From contig CM102286.1 of assembly GCA_046563655.1 (NCBI GenBank), positions 3,162,001-3,226,000 of the forward strand: a stretch of 64,000 nt of DNA, read 5' to 3'. Source of the stretch: Yuukianura sp. NJ FZ-2021 (taxonomy: Eukaryota). Shown here piece by piece: positions 15,102 through 27,676 of this stretch. Below the pieces are notes generated by a model, which did not search any database, was not told where the DNA came from, and saw nothing but the letters and a program-made list of their open reading frames with translations. How positions within the stretch are numbered: position 1 is the stretch's first letter; each line of letters starts with the position of its first letter. The position numbers were made by a program, and so were the translations under genes.

Positions 15102-18100
15102 ATGGGCAACAACAACTCGGCTGCCGCTTCGGCGCAAGGCAGTAGCCCTGCCAAGCATCACTTGACTCCCCACCACACCCAGTGGTCCCACGTCCCACCG
15201 CATTCTGGCGGAGCAGATGACAGCGATGACCCCAGAAATCGCATGAGAAAAGGTTACGCAGTGAAGCCGTACATGGCACAACGCACGACACCACAAAAAG
15301 TACTTCCGACTGTGAATCCCACAAAGGCAGCCAAGAAACTCAAACCTACCTCAAACGGTAACCGACCTTCGTAGGAACAAGTTGACATTTTTTTTAAATC
15401 TGCAAGCAATATTTTCAAAAAACTTCAATTTTTTTTTGTTTTTAGGCCGAAATCTGAAACAACTTGGAACAATTTCCGGAAGGAAATTTGAACTGGACGA
15501 GGAACAGCCCCTCTCCAGCAGTGCCATCACGGAGGAAATGCATAGACTTCGACTCGGGCCTGCGCAGTACCGTCTGCCCAAAGACGAGCGTCTGCCAATC
15601 AGTCGTCAAAATGGCCTCTCGTCACCGAATCTGACCGATGACAGATTTGTGTCACGCGGGGGGCTGACTCCGGAACGGCGGAATTTTCATGACAGTGAAC
15701 CGGAATTGACTTCTAGGCAAAACGGTTTCAGCCAATCAGTGCCAATTTCTCATCATCCAGGAAACTTTGTTCAAGAAAGTCCAGCAAAAAAGCAAATCAG
15801 AACAAAAAAGAAGTCTGCGCCGCCACCACCGAATGATTCCAAAAAATCCCAAGTTTTTGAAAATTCAAAAGTGCCACCATCACAACTAGCTTCTGAAGCC
15901 GTCAAAGTTCATCAGCGATTGTTTCAAACTAAAGCAGACAGAAAACTGTCATCTTCGTCAGTTGAACCGTCAGGGGGAGCCACCACTTCTTCACAGAGTG
16001 TCACATCTTCTTCAACTTCAGCAATTCCAAAAGAAGTTCAGTCTTCTGGCAGAATGGGTCCTGCCAGAAGTTCTACGCAGTCTCCCGTCCACCAATCAGA
16101 TTCGACTCCAAACGTCATACGCATGCGCAATAAGAAATCTAACAAATCAGGACCAATCAGTGACCAAAGTGTGTCCCCCGACTCCGTTCCAGGAAAAAAG
16201 CACTACATTCCATATTCATTTGGCCCTGATAAGGACCACAGAGTGAAACGTGAAAATTCACGTCGCGTGGCGTCTCCACCATTAAAAAATGGCGCCAAAC
16301 ATGGCAATGACTTGGACAAGGAATCTAGATTGGAAAAAATCGTTGCAGAGAAAAAACGTTTCTATTTTGGCATGGATTTGGTCGATTTTGGATCAAATCC
16401 TTCCAGACCAACTTTAGACGAAATTGGACAAACTCCGAAAACTTCCGAACAAAAACCGACAATACCCGAACTTTCATCATTCTCTTTCTATAAAACGAAA
16501 GACGCCAAAGAAGAATCCTTAAGTGACAACATCAGCAGCAGTTCCGAGATGGACATCGTTCTTCGTCCAACTCTCCCGCCAAAACCTCAACAACTTCCAA
16601 AATTTTCACCCTCGGCAGCCTGGAATCGAATTGACCTGGATTCTCCGAATTCCTCAGAAGAGGAAGCGCTAAGATTCAATTGTCGAATTAACAAAAGTTC
16701 AAAAAGCGGTGTATCACAGGCTGTAGGCAAGGAACGACTTGGTGAAGGTGACTCGGGTATTTCCGGACTTGATGGTGACGGAGGCGGGAGTCCCGAGATT
16801 CTATCTCCACCACTCCCGCCAATTTCAACCGGTTTAAGTAAAGGACCATGTTGGACACCAGAACAAGATTTGGACGACAGTAGTTCCGAATTTGACGGAG
16901 AAGATGACGACGACATTCCTCTGAGCAGTGCTCAACTTCAACCGTGCTACCGTTCTTCTGACAGACCTAGACTAACTACAAGAAAAAACTTTTTTAGTTC
17001 AAAAAGTGACACTGAACAACCGTTCAAAGATGAACCCAGTTCGCTCCAAAGAAAAACGGAGCCAATTTATGCTTGTTCAACCAAAGCCAAAGGTGCTGCT
17101 GTCAATGCCACCATTACCGGTGGGGATCATAACCTGACCTCTCCCACCTCCCCCACTACTGGGGGTGGGGCCAATACTGATTCCCACCCTCTAGAGTTCA
17201 AACCTAGTCTGAATAGGATAATCAACTACAGAAGGACGCAGCGACTCAACAAGGAAGTGGGACTCGATGCAAACTGGTTCCTGAGTCGTAGTGAGCCCAA
17301 CAGCTTGAATCTAACGCACTTGATGGTCGGAGGTGAAGCGGGACCGTGCGGAAACGGAGACGCGGAAGAGGAAGGCATTCGATCGGAAAATGGCTATGCA
17401 CCAACGGGTATCAATTTTGAAATTGCCGCAAATTCACCACCGTCAGAATGGAATAAGTCAGCGAGCCTTATCAGCCTCTCACACTTTGTCTACCTCCCAC
17501 AACAGCGACAAGGTGGGGATGACACGTCGTCATCTTCAAAACGGAATCGCAGAACCAAGAGTGTTGAAAATCTTCTCAGACAAAATGAAAATAGTCAGAC
17601 AGTTCAGGCGCATGACCCTGAAAAAAATCAGTTATCCCAACAGTCTCAACAGAATCACTACAAACGAAAAAAATTCAAGTTTCAAAGTACACTAAAAGTT
17701 ATGGAAAGAAAACGAATTGAAAAAGAGTTGTCGAGAGAAGCTGAAGAAAAAGAAAGTGAAAGGCTCAAGGAAATTGAAGCCATGAAACGGGTAAAAATAA
17801 ATTTCAAAAACTAAAAAATCTTAAAAATTTCAAAGCAAATAGTTTACTTTTTTAAAATCAGGTCGAAGAAGAGTTTCAAAGAAAGCGAAAAGGCAAAGAA
17901 AAAGAACACGAGGTGCCAATTCAAATTCAAAATGGATTAAAACCAAAGGCAATGTTGCCCAGCAGTAACGTTTCGAGAGTAACATCTATTAGTCCTTGGG
18001 AAGAACCAATCAAAAACAGGACAGATCTGCGCAAGCCGTTTACTCGAACGACAACCCCGAGTCAGTTTTCAGACAACAGTAGTACCCGAAGTACATCAAA

Positions 18101-19294
18101 TGTGACCAAGGTCAACTTGAGTCAACGTCAAGATCCAGAGGGCGCACCGTCTGTACATGACCTGCGTAAAGAGCTTATCTTGGGAGCCAAGAAGAGAAAT
18201 GGAATTTCATCTGCGTCGTCTGACTTAACCCAGGAATTGTCCGAGTTTCGACAAGAACGTCGCCAATACTGTGACTATCGCAGCTCTCCGCGTCTCAACA
18301 CGGATGCTTCCAACAAATCTAAGTCAAGGTAGATTAATTTAGAGTTAGTTAACTAATGTAATTACCTTAAATGTTAATTAACATATGCTGTTATGTTTAG
18401 AAGCAAATTTGTTGACTCTACGAGCAGCGACATCTATCCACTGACAGGCCGACATCCTATGGAAAAACAAAGACAACGACCAAAGTCCACAGTGATTTAT
18501 CCAGAAATTGTTTGTGACATTCCCAACAAACCGTTTCCGTTCACAGTAAATTTTTCAAGCAGTAAGTTGGAAACTGAAAAAAAGAACAGCAGAATTTTGA
18601 AAATTTTTGGAAATTCAGGAATTTGAATTTGAAATTCAGGATTGAGCGGGTCACATACAAGCCTCTTGATTGAAGAGAGGCCAACTTCTGGAGTCGGGTT
18701 TACTTCTGGACCATCGAGTGTCATTTCGGACAATTACCGAAGGGACTGGGCTCATCACCATCACGGTAGCAAGGCGGGAAGTACAATTGCCAATGGCGGG
18801 AAATCTTCAAGCATAACCAGTCTACACAGCACGCCAGACAATGTTCGGTTCCACCACTCCGATTCGAACGATCGAGTATCGAATTCTCCAAGAATTGTTC
18901 ATCGGGTTATCGGGTTAGCAAAACTTTCAAAATATCTAAAGAGAAAAAAATTCAAAAAAGTGAAAATTCATGTACGTGATTTGGTTTTAGTGGAAGAGCT
19001 TCCAAGACAAAGGAGTTAGCTGGTCCTACAACGGTAACCATAACGGTAGAGCAAGGTCAACACTCAACCATGAACGACACGCCCAACGAAAGGGTACATA
19101 TCGCTTGGCTTTCTCTATTTCTAGAATCCATTAATCAATTAAGTCAATTCACTGAACTGATATTTTGTACTTAGGTTGTTGAATCATCCAAGCATCAGAT
19201 GGAATCGTGCCTGCAGCCCCAACCCTTCATAAATTACAAAACGAAATCATACCGTCCAGTCGTTTTCAATCCGGCCACTGCTAGACAACATTGA
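15102..19294 (+). CDS. Large, mostly low-complexity/disordered protein with N-terminal MGNNNS (possible myristoylation) and a charged coiled-coil segment; family not identified
   Basis: Phase-consistent GT-AG model: 15102-15357, 15446-17790, 17862-18328, 18401-18561, 18640-18913, 18991-19093, 19175-19294 (TGA). Exon 2 is a 2.3-kb open frame. Contains KKFKFQSTLKVMERKRIEKELSREAEEKESERLKEIEAMKRVEEEFQRKR. Further upstream exons cannot be excluded. Confidence 0.8.
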
Positions 19295-19841
19295 ACCGTT
19301 ATGATACGATTTACATTGACAAGTCGTTCATCGTGTTTTCTGAATTTAGTTTATAGTCAAAATAAATTGCCATATAAATATATTGTATATCTTAAATTCT
19401 CTGTATTCAATAACATATAACATATCCTTTGAAGAGGCTCATAACCACATCTTACTAATCGATTAATCCAATTCAGCAAAAGTAAACAACAAATACAGTT
19501 CTTATGGTATATTGTGACTACGCATCTACGCTCGGTATCGACCGGTAGACAAAACACAATGACTATTAAACAGTTTTTTATAGTAAAGTCGAAGCGATGA
19601 AAAGTATGGCTACTTTACTAGTGACAGTGACAACAAGAATAGGCTGTGAACCAGCAAAAAAATTAAGTTACGGGAAGGTTATTTTTAAATTTCATTTTTC
19701 GAAAGTTAAATTGAGAAGTATTATTAGTTTAAGCCCATTCAGGGAGATCAAGAAGGCGAAACAAAACAAAAATATTTTTATGAAAATCTTTCCTAACCAG
19801 GTTACCGAGCTGGTTCAGATCTTGCTTCTGAAGAATTTAAC

Positions 19842-20726
19842 TTAGGTAAAGGGTCTTTGTCTTTGTACGATGGCATTTTCAGTTAATACCAGATTTGGCA
19901 TGTTTAGTACACCGGGAAACCACCGTTGCGTTGAACGGATGTAGTGGCAAATCTCCAGGCTCTGAATGCAAAAACTGCGTCGGCGCCGTACGCAATGGTG
20001 TTGAATAAGGCGAATACCTAGAAATCACACTTCGTTAAAACTTTCAACGTCCTCAGGAAAGCAGCTTCAAAGTTTTTAAAACGATTGACTTAGGCTTACT
20101 GCAGCAGTCACACTCCTGGGCTTGGGGTTGTAGGCACCACCGTACGGATAAGGCGAATAGATTGAAAACTGAACGGTCGTGGCTAGTGCATATAATCCAA
20201 AAGCGGCTCCGGCATAACAGAGTTCCTAAAATAATCACAAAATTACCATGCTCAAAACTTTAGGATGAAAACATTGTCTTTTGGTTAACGTTCAGTTGCA
20301 AACAGGATAACAAAAGCACATCCGAACTTACCAAAACTGGCCAAGATGGGTTTACAGGAACTTTGGATTCGACCCGAAAGAATATGATGATGATCCACAA
20401 ACCGGTAAAGAACAGAGCAGCGTAGCACACGCTCAAGAAGAAGTACGTTCCATCCAGAACGACTGGCGTGCCCGTGGCAATGCAAATAATTCCAAACAAC
20501 TAAAAGCAACACACATGACATGACTATCGTCTGCGAATCGTTACCCAGCAATATAACAAATCAAATAAGTTTCACTTACCATTTGAACGATTTTCAGAAT
20601 TCCTGGAACCGTCCTGAAGTACATGTAGTTGATAAATGAGTCATCTGATCCTACTCTTGTCGTCGTAGTTGTCGTTGTCGTTCGGCTGAATCCAATCGTG
20701 GACACACCCCCTCCATTAGTCGCCAT
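19842..20726 (-). CDS. MARVEL-domain tetraspan protein (CMTM/plasmolipin-like)
   Basis: Exons 20726-20580, 20499-20332, 20225-20100, 20017-19842. Motif FINYMYFRTVPGILKIVQMLFGIIC, four hydrophobic segments, and final helix AAVFALFNTIAYGADA. Confidence 0.85.
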
Positions 20727-21489
20727 TGTTTCGTTTATTGACTACAAGTTGGTGGCAATGATGACATCCACCTGGAAATCAATCAAAATCAGAATTAGAT
20801 TACTATGTACAATACAATTGAATGTTAACTTAAGTTAACACGTGCTAAAAACTAAATTACCTGTGTAAACCACGAATTAACTTGAATTGCTGAGTTTATA
20901 ATACACCTTACATGACTAGAATTGATGTCCAACCTTTTAAAGTGGGTGTATTTCCTTTGGTATTGATAAATTCCACTTTCTATTTCTGAGGGGACAGGTG
21001 AATCTACCTTATGCATGCAATGCATGTCGTGTACATCGTGCTAAAAAGTTTGTTTGTTGTGTATTTTTAACACGTCACAAACAAATGAGTACAATAATGA
21101 GACACTACTAACCTTGTAACCAGAACCTCCAACTCATGCGCATGCGGAATTCTGTTGTCAAATTTTTAGATTAACGTTAGGTTTTAATTTTCACAGCGTT
21201 AAACGTCAGGGAATGCACAATAAGCGTCTTGGGCCTGATTAGGAGGGCGGGGTTTTCGAAAACCCCGCGTTCGAAAAGAAACCGCGTGTTTGTTTCACAC
21301 TCGAGTGTTTCCCATTGCTTTAATTTCAATGTCTTTAATAAAACATAAACTTATGGCATCAGTAAATACAAACTAAGTTTAAATAATATAAATTAAATAA
21401 TTTAAAAAATAAATTAACTTAAACCTACTGTGAATGTAATACTATGAGGGGAGGGGCCGTTTGGAATATGGACCGACGCCATTTTCCCG

Positions 21490-22992
21490 TTACTTTCTCC
21501 CTAGTGGAACGCAGAACCCTGAAAACAGACAAAACTTCGTTTTCTGTGGTTTTTGGTTTTTGCCAGGCTTTTTCCTATCGGGTGTTACGGGGGGTGACAC
21601 CGAGCTAGTTCCAGAACCAGATCCATGACCAGTATTGCTGTTTATAGTCCCGTCAGCATGGTTCGCTCCAGTGCCAACGGCATTGCTAGACCCTATCAGC
21701 ACAAGTCAGTTTTTATCAGACAGTTCGAAATTTTAGATGTGTAGCTGACCGGTAAGCGGTAACTGATTGAATTTGGAATGTACCAGTAGCAATGCCAAAG
21801 CCAGATCCACTACCGGAGGCGGTACTACCACCAGTTCCAACTGTGGCTGTGCCACCACCGCTACCACCAATCAATGCCTGGGTATGCCCACCAGAAGTGG
21901 CACTGGATCCACCAGAAGCGAACCCACCCGTGGCTCCACTGGCACCAGCAGAAGTAGTTCCACTAGCCTGGGCACCGCCTTTGTTATTCGTGGCCTTATT
22001 ATAATTTGGAAGGCCTGTTTGCATAAAAAATTTCATTTTTATTCAATTCCATTTTGAGAGTAATAAAAAATAAATAAATACAAAAACAGTATTTGTCGAA
22101 TTGCTTAAATATCGGCCTTGCCTAAATACTCTGTTTGGTCCATTCCTAATTCGACGAATAATGCTTCAGGGTGGTGCCAACCGCCGTGACCTTCATGAGC
22201 CCAACCTTCTCCGCCGCCACTGCCCTGTATTAACATTCAAGGTTTGTAAATGTTTATGTGAGCTTCAGGGTTCACATTCCCTTGAGGACGAAAGGAGTGA
22301 AAGATAGTAGGGGAAAATATCTCAACTTAATGGGATTCGAACCCAAGTCTCTTCAATCCGAGAAATGCTCTAACCCTTGAGCTATCGGCTCCTTCCTACG
22401 TTATATCTCAGGGGATGATTGCCCATTTGCCCAACGCCATATTCATACAAAATAGTCGTGTAGTTTACAACTTCTTACCTCCATATCTACATCAGAACTT
22501 GTGTCGGCGGAAGATCCAGGGCCGTGACCTTGCGCCCATGAACTAGCACTTCCTGTTCCGCACGCCTGCCCTGCTCCTTGGCCTAAACAAAAATTATTGT
22601 CAAAAACAAAATTAGGATGGATATTTCTTTTTAAATTTCAGAAAAATTTGAAAAATTTTGTCACCTTCAGCTACTCCATTCTGAACAATGCCACCACCGC
22701 CTCCACCAGCACAAATGACAATACTTGCGCTGCTTCCACTCGAAGCGTCGACTGATCCAGTAGCTGAACCCGTAGCAGTTGCAGTTCCACTCGTCGAGCC
22801 ATGTCCAGCTCCACCAGCGCCTAAACCGCCACCATTTCCTAAACCTAAAATATAAAAAGTTTCGAAACTTTTAAAACTTCGACGTTTTTAATTTGAAAAT
22901 CTGTGTTTCTTTTTCTCACGGTCTAAAGGCAGTGCTAAAAGTAAATCAGCTAAGACAATTACAATTAAACTAAGAATTAGAATGAGTTGCAT
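21490..22992 (-). CDS. Secreted Gly/Ser/Ala/Thr-rich protein with basic, two-Cys C-terminus
   Basis: Signal peptide MQLILILSLIVIVLADLLLALP. Exons 22992-22920, 22844-22665, 22582-22479, 22224-22122, 22014-21784, 21692-21490; joining exons 4 and 5 needs a GC donor. Ends ...KKPGKNQKPQKTKFCLFSGFCVPLGRK*. Confidence 0.7.
22325..22402 (-). mobile_element. tRNA-derived element (SINE head or tRNA pseudogene) in an intron
   Basis: Minus strand GGAGCCGATAGCTCAAGGGTTAGAGC...TGGGTTCGAATCCCA gives an A-box, a GCTC/GAGC D-stem, a B-box and a T-stem, but no good acceptor or anticodon stem. Flanked by direct repeat ATATCTCA (22317-22324, 22403-22410). Confidence 0.6.
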
Positions 22993-23443
22993 TTCAAAAA
23001 TTTTAAATACTCGCGGGAAAAAAAACTAAACCGTTTATGAGGTCCGTGTATGTTAAAATGGGACTACGAAAACTAAATAGTTAGCGGGGGTTTATATGAC
23101 CTCGGATACTTAACTGTCGACGCCAGATCAAAATAGATTTCACCTGAAATTTGCCCGTTTAGCAGAAGGCAAACGTCATTTAGGAAGTGCTGTTCAATTG
23201 AACCTGTTCCTGTGTCCCTTAAGGGACAGGTGAGGTTAATGCCACAAAACAATGGAAACAAAGGGCCCGTTTTTAGGAGACAGAAGTTCTAAAAGTAGCC
23301 GCGGCTGCATTGCAATTTCCTCCAAACACCATTTCACTTCTACTGTTCTTTTTTCGTTCCACGCACTACTGGCACCCTTAATTTTCTGAATTCCTACACC
23401 TACTTATTCTAAACATGCTAAAGTACGCCCTCTGAATCGGTTC

Positions 23444-23670
23444 CATGCCATTGCTCCGAATGAATTTCTTCGAAGCGCATTGCTCCAAATGAGCAGCTTC
23501 AAAACCAATTGCTTCGAAAAAGTAAATTGCTTCGAAAATCAGATTACTCCGGTGATTAAAGAAACTTTACTTAATTTTGGAGCTACTGCGTTCTGAAGGA
23601 ATTTCTCGTTAGTATGAATTGGTTTCGTGGCAGTTTATCCGGAGCAATTCATTCGGAACAACGGCGTGCT
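23444..23670. repeat. Degenerate foldback/MITE remnant with ~15-bp subrepeats
   Basis: GCCATTGCTCCGAATGAATT (~23447) is the near-perfect inverse of AATTCATTCGGAACAACGGC (~23647). ATTGCTTCGAA-like subunits repeat between them. Confidence 0.55.
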
Positions 23671-24603
23671 ACGCTTGAAGCATTTGTTTCGTGCTTGGTT
23701 TTTTTTAGAACGGAAAAATTCGAAAATTTGAAAAACTGAAAGTCAACGGATTTAAAAAAAAACACACATACACAAAAAAAAGAATGAATTGTAAAAACAA
23801 TGCTTTGCTACATTCTTGTATCGATATCAAAATACTCTTATTGTGAAAAAGAAACAATCGTATGAAAAAAACATTCGTATGAATTTGATTTATGACCGAA
23901 GTAAATTAAAATCCAATCAAAAAGCTTATGAAAGACATGAGCCTTTTCGAAATGGCATTAAAAAGTCCACGAGAAAGGTAAATTTTGAGTGTTTTTCTTT
24001 GAACATGGGCATAACCCGTGATTTTGAAATTTTAATACCATAAATCCTCCGTAAAGCTTCCGTGACAGACAGACGTCGCCAAAAATTAAAATTTTTGGAG
24101 TCAACAAATTGAAGTGCTGATAAAAATTTTGTTGGTAGGTAGGCAGATTTTGAAATTTGAGCAATAAAATTTTGGCCTTTGTATTTTTAGTACAATGGCT
24201 GATTATAAAATTTCAGATGAAACTCACCTTTATCTTCAAATTAGTCAGTTATCGAACGTTTGCTAACTTTTGAACAAATTTTGATTGCTCGGTCGTTGCT
24301 AACTCAAAATTTTGGAAAATCCCAAATTCAACGTTGCTATCACCTCTTCAAAGTTATACTAGTGTCACACAGAGGTATAAATTACTTGGCGGAGTGTCGT
24401 GCGCAAAAGTCAATTGTGCAACCGCCTTTCTGAGTGTCCAATCAAATTCAACCTGACCAAAGGTCTGAATTTTGAAAAGTAAGCAACTATTTTCATCACC
24501 GAATTTTTTCTCCACGAGGTTCCTCTTATTTCTTGAAATTCCGTTTTTTTTTATAATTTTCTTTTCAAAATTTTAGTAATCGCGTAAATACACAATTTCA
24601 AAA

Positions 24604-25846
24604 ATGGCTTCAATTTCTGCTTCAAAATGGGCAGTTATGATCTCCTTAGCGTTGATTTCCGGTTTTTTGGGTGCACTGCCATACCTGCTTCTGCGCATGC
24701 TCAAAGGAATGCACAACATCTTCAACCACTCCATCTACCATCTTATACTAACAGTTTTAGCATGCGGTGGTGGCGGAGTTTTACTGGCTACAACAGTACT
24801 ACACATGCTTCCTGAAAATCGCATCCACTTTGAAGCCAATGAAGTTGTTCAAGAGACAGTCAATAGCCATTTACCAATTGCTGAAATTGTAACAATCGCT
24901 GGGTTTCTCGTGATTTACTTTCTGGAAGAAGCAGCACATGCCATATACGAAGCAACCAGTTCCAACTCAAGTAAAAAATGTCAGCATGGACACTCTCACG
25001 GCCATGCTCATGCGCAGAAAGAATTTAACGAAGAAAGTTCTAATAATAGCACAACTCAACTGGCAATGCCCGATGACTCTGATTCAATTTCTCCAGGCAA
25101 AGCAAATTTATTTGCAAGCTTAATAGCGTTAATCGCACTTTCGTTTCACGCCATCATGGAAGGAATTGCAATTGGAATTCAGGTAAATTCTAATTCTGAA
25201 ATTTGTTGAACAAGCTTTTATGAATTTTTAAAAAATCATAATTTTTTTTTGTTAGAATTTCTTTAAGTTTTAAAAAACTAAATTTTTCAGGATCAAAGTG
25301 TTTGGCTTATGTTCGTAGCCATTGCTTCCCACAAGTTCCTCATTTCGTTTTGCATGGGAATGGAAATGTGCGCATCGAAAGTAAAACCAAAAATTTATTT
25401 TTGGTCTATTTCGACCTTTGCCCTGTTGTCGCCAGTCGGAATTCTGATAGGATCAGTTATCAGTGCAGAGACATCTACAAACTCCCTTCCACTTTGTATA
25501 CTTGAAGTAAGACCAAAAAACGTTTAATCAACGCAATTATTTACACTTTTGTGCCAAAGTTCAAAATTTCAATGATGAACTATGATTTGTCAAACAGGGA
25601 TTTGCAACAGGGACGCTTCTGTATGTCGTATTTTTTGAAATTCTGAGTCGTGAACGCGAACGACGCAATAACGTTTTGGCGTCAAGGCGCATGGCTGGAC
25701 TTTTGCAGTTTTTTGGCGTAGTTGTTGGCGTGGTAGCCGTTACGCTGCTTCTTACGCTTGTAAGTCACGATCATGCCACTGAAGATGAACACGCTGGAGA
25801 AGATCATGAACATGAAGACGTACATGAGCATTTAATAGTAGCTTAG
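24604..25846 (+). CDS. ZIP-family (SLC39, ZIP1/2/3-like) zinc/iron transporter
   Basis: Exons 24604-25182, 25291-25506, 25598-25846. Motifs GGGVLLATTVLHMLPE, His-rich loop HGHSHGHAH, ALSFHAIMEGIAIG, AIASHK, GFATGTLLYVVFFEIL. Confidence 0.93.
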
Positions 25847-27676
25847 TAGATGATATTTTCAGGTAACTGCTCAACTGTCAGGCTCATTTAATTAAAACTT
25901 TAATGATATTAATTTATTAAATTAATTTATTTAATCTATTAATATATTAAATTGGAAAGCAGCAATAAATGCTGTCACTGCAAGGCTTCATGTAAGAAAA
26001 AAAATCTTGTTTTTTCCTTTCTTTCCTTTTTACTGCATATGAAAATTAAAAATAAATTTCAACAATTGGTAAGTTTGAAATACAAAAATTTTCGATTTTG
26101 AACTTTCGCTTACTCGTGGAACCTTTACAAATTAACGTTTTGACTTAAATTTTATGTCTAATTGAGAAAACAAATCGATGAATCATGTAGTAGACGTCAT
26201 AACTTTGTGTCTGTAACATAGCAGCATGTCAGTCATCGTGTCGTTGTCATTGCCCGTCATGTCCCGTACAGTACCATGTGACAGGGGATGATACGAGCAG
26301 AAGTGGCACTTCAAATTTAGTGTTTTCCACTTCTCTTCTCTTTCCAAGCAGTTTTCGCGCACTTTAAAATAAAACTGATTCATTCGACTTCGAGCGTCCT
26401 TTCAGCTTTTTCTTGAGTGAAAGTGGAGAGGAGTCTTTTCTGATCGTATAATTCCCGTTCAAGTGTGAACCTAAATTTGTGAACCTGCTGCTCGTTCTCA
26501 AACAAATTGACAACGTTAATGTAGTCGTCCGGAACAGATAGCGCTAGCTTAGCTACTACCGAAACAAAAACCAGCTTAGAAGAATAACCTAACATAAAGT
26601 AAATAAATAAAACGAAGGGCACTTAACAAACCACTATTAACAATTGTGTTATGTAATTATTAATACGTTTTCAAAACGATTAGCTTGCAATGGACGGGTC
26701 TGACTTGGGTGTGTACTGCTAGTTTTTAAAGAATTGATCTGTGTTAAGCACGTCAGTCTGTAGGATGCGAAATGAAATTACAAAAGAATTTGACGTTGAC
26801 CTTTGACTTTACATCATCGTGAATAACTACAGAGCAATCAAAACATTGCCGGAAAGTACGATTTTTCAGTTATGAATCATGATCCCTTAGCTGGACACAA
26901 ACGCCGCTATCCTTCTAAAATGCATATGTATCAAGAACTCGGTTGTCGGTCTTCGAATCTTTCTTCGATGGCATTTGTGTCAAGTTCAACTTGGCGACAT
27001 GCTGCGTCAACTAATAACTAATTACTAATCATGGTGGTTGCTGGAAGAAATGTTCAACTTCAATATGTTCTATTCCAGGAGTCCGCTAAAAATATGGTGT
27101 GAAAAACACTTGAAATGGGCTTGGTTGAATTGCAAGAAATACAAAGTGATGCATCAGATGACGGCAATTTATGTACGGTCACTCATTTTCGATTTGTTTA
27201 ACAAAAACACCAAGTGAATAATTTACTGATTATACCAAATCTATACCAAATTTTTTGAAGATTAAAGCCGTTAACATTATTACCACGGTGGTATAATATG
27301 ACTTAAATACATTGAATTTGCGTAGGGTATATTTTTTCAATTGCTTATATTAGTATTATTTATTATTCTCTTAGCTCTAAAGATATTGTTCAACCGTGAT
27401 AGTGAGAATAGGTGATCGGTCGTTGCCGACTTTTGACACTTTTTTTGATGGGTGACAGATGAATGAGAATGACTCATAAAGTAAGACCGTCTTTCTTGTG
27501 CTCCCTGTTCCTTCACTATTCTTTGTTAGATTTTTAGCTTTTTTGGGTGTGTTTTTTGGTTATGGTTAAAGTAATTTAAGATCAATCATATTCATATCAA
27601 CGAGTCTGGAACATCAAAAGGTAGATTCGTAAACAAAGTCACGTAACCCGCCGCAGGTCTTTTATGTCAACGGAAA

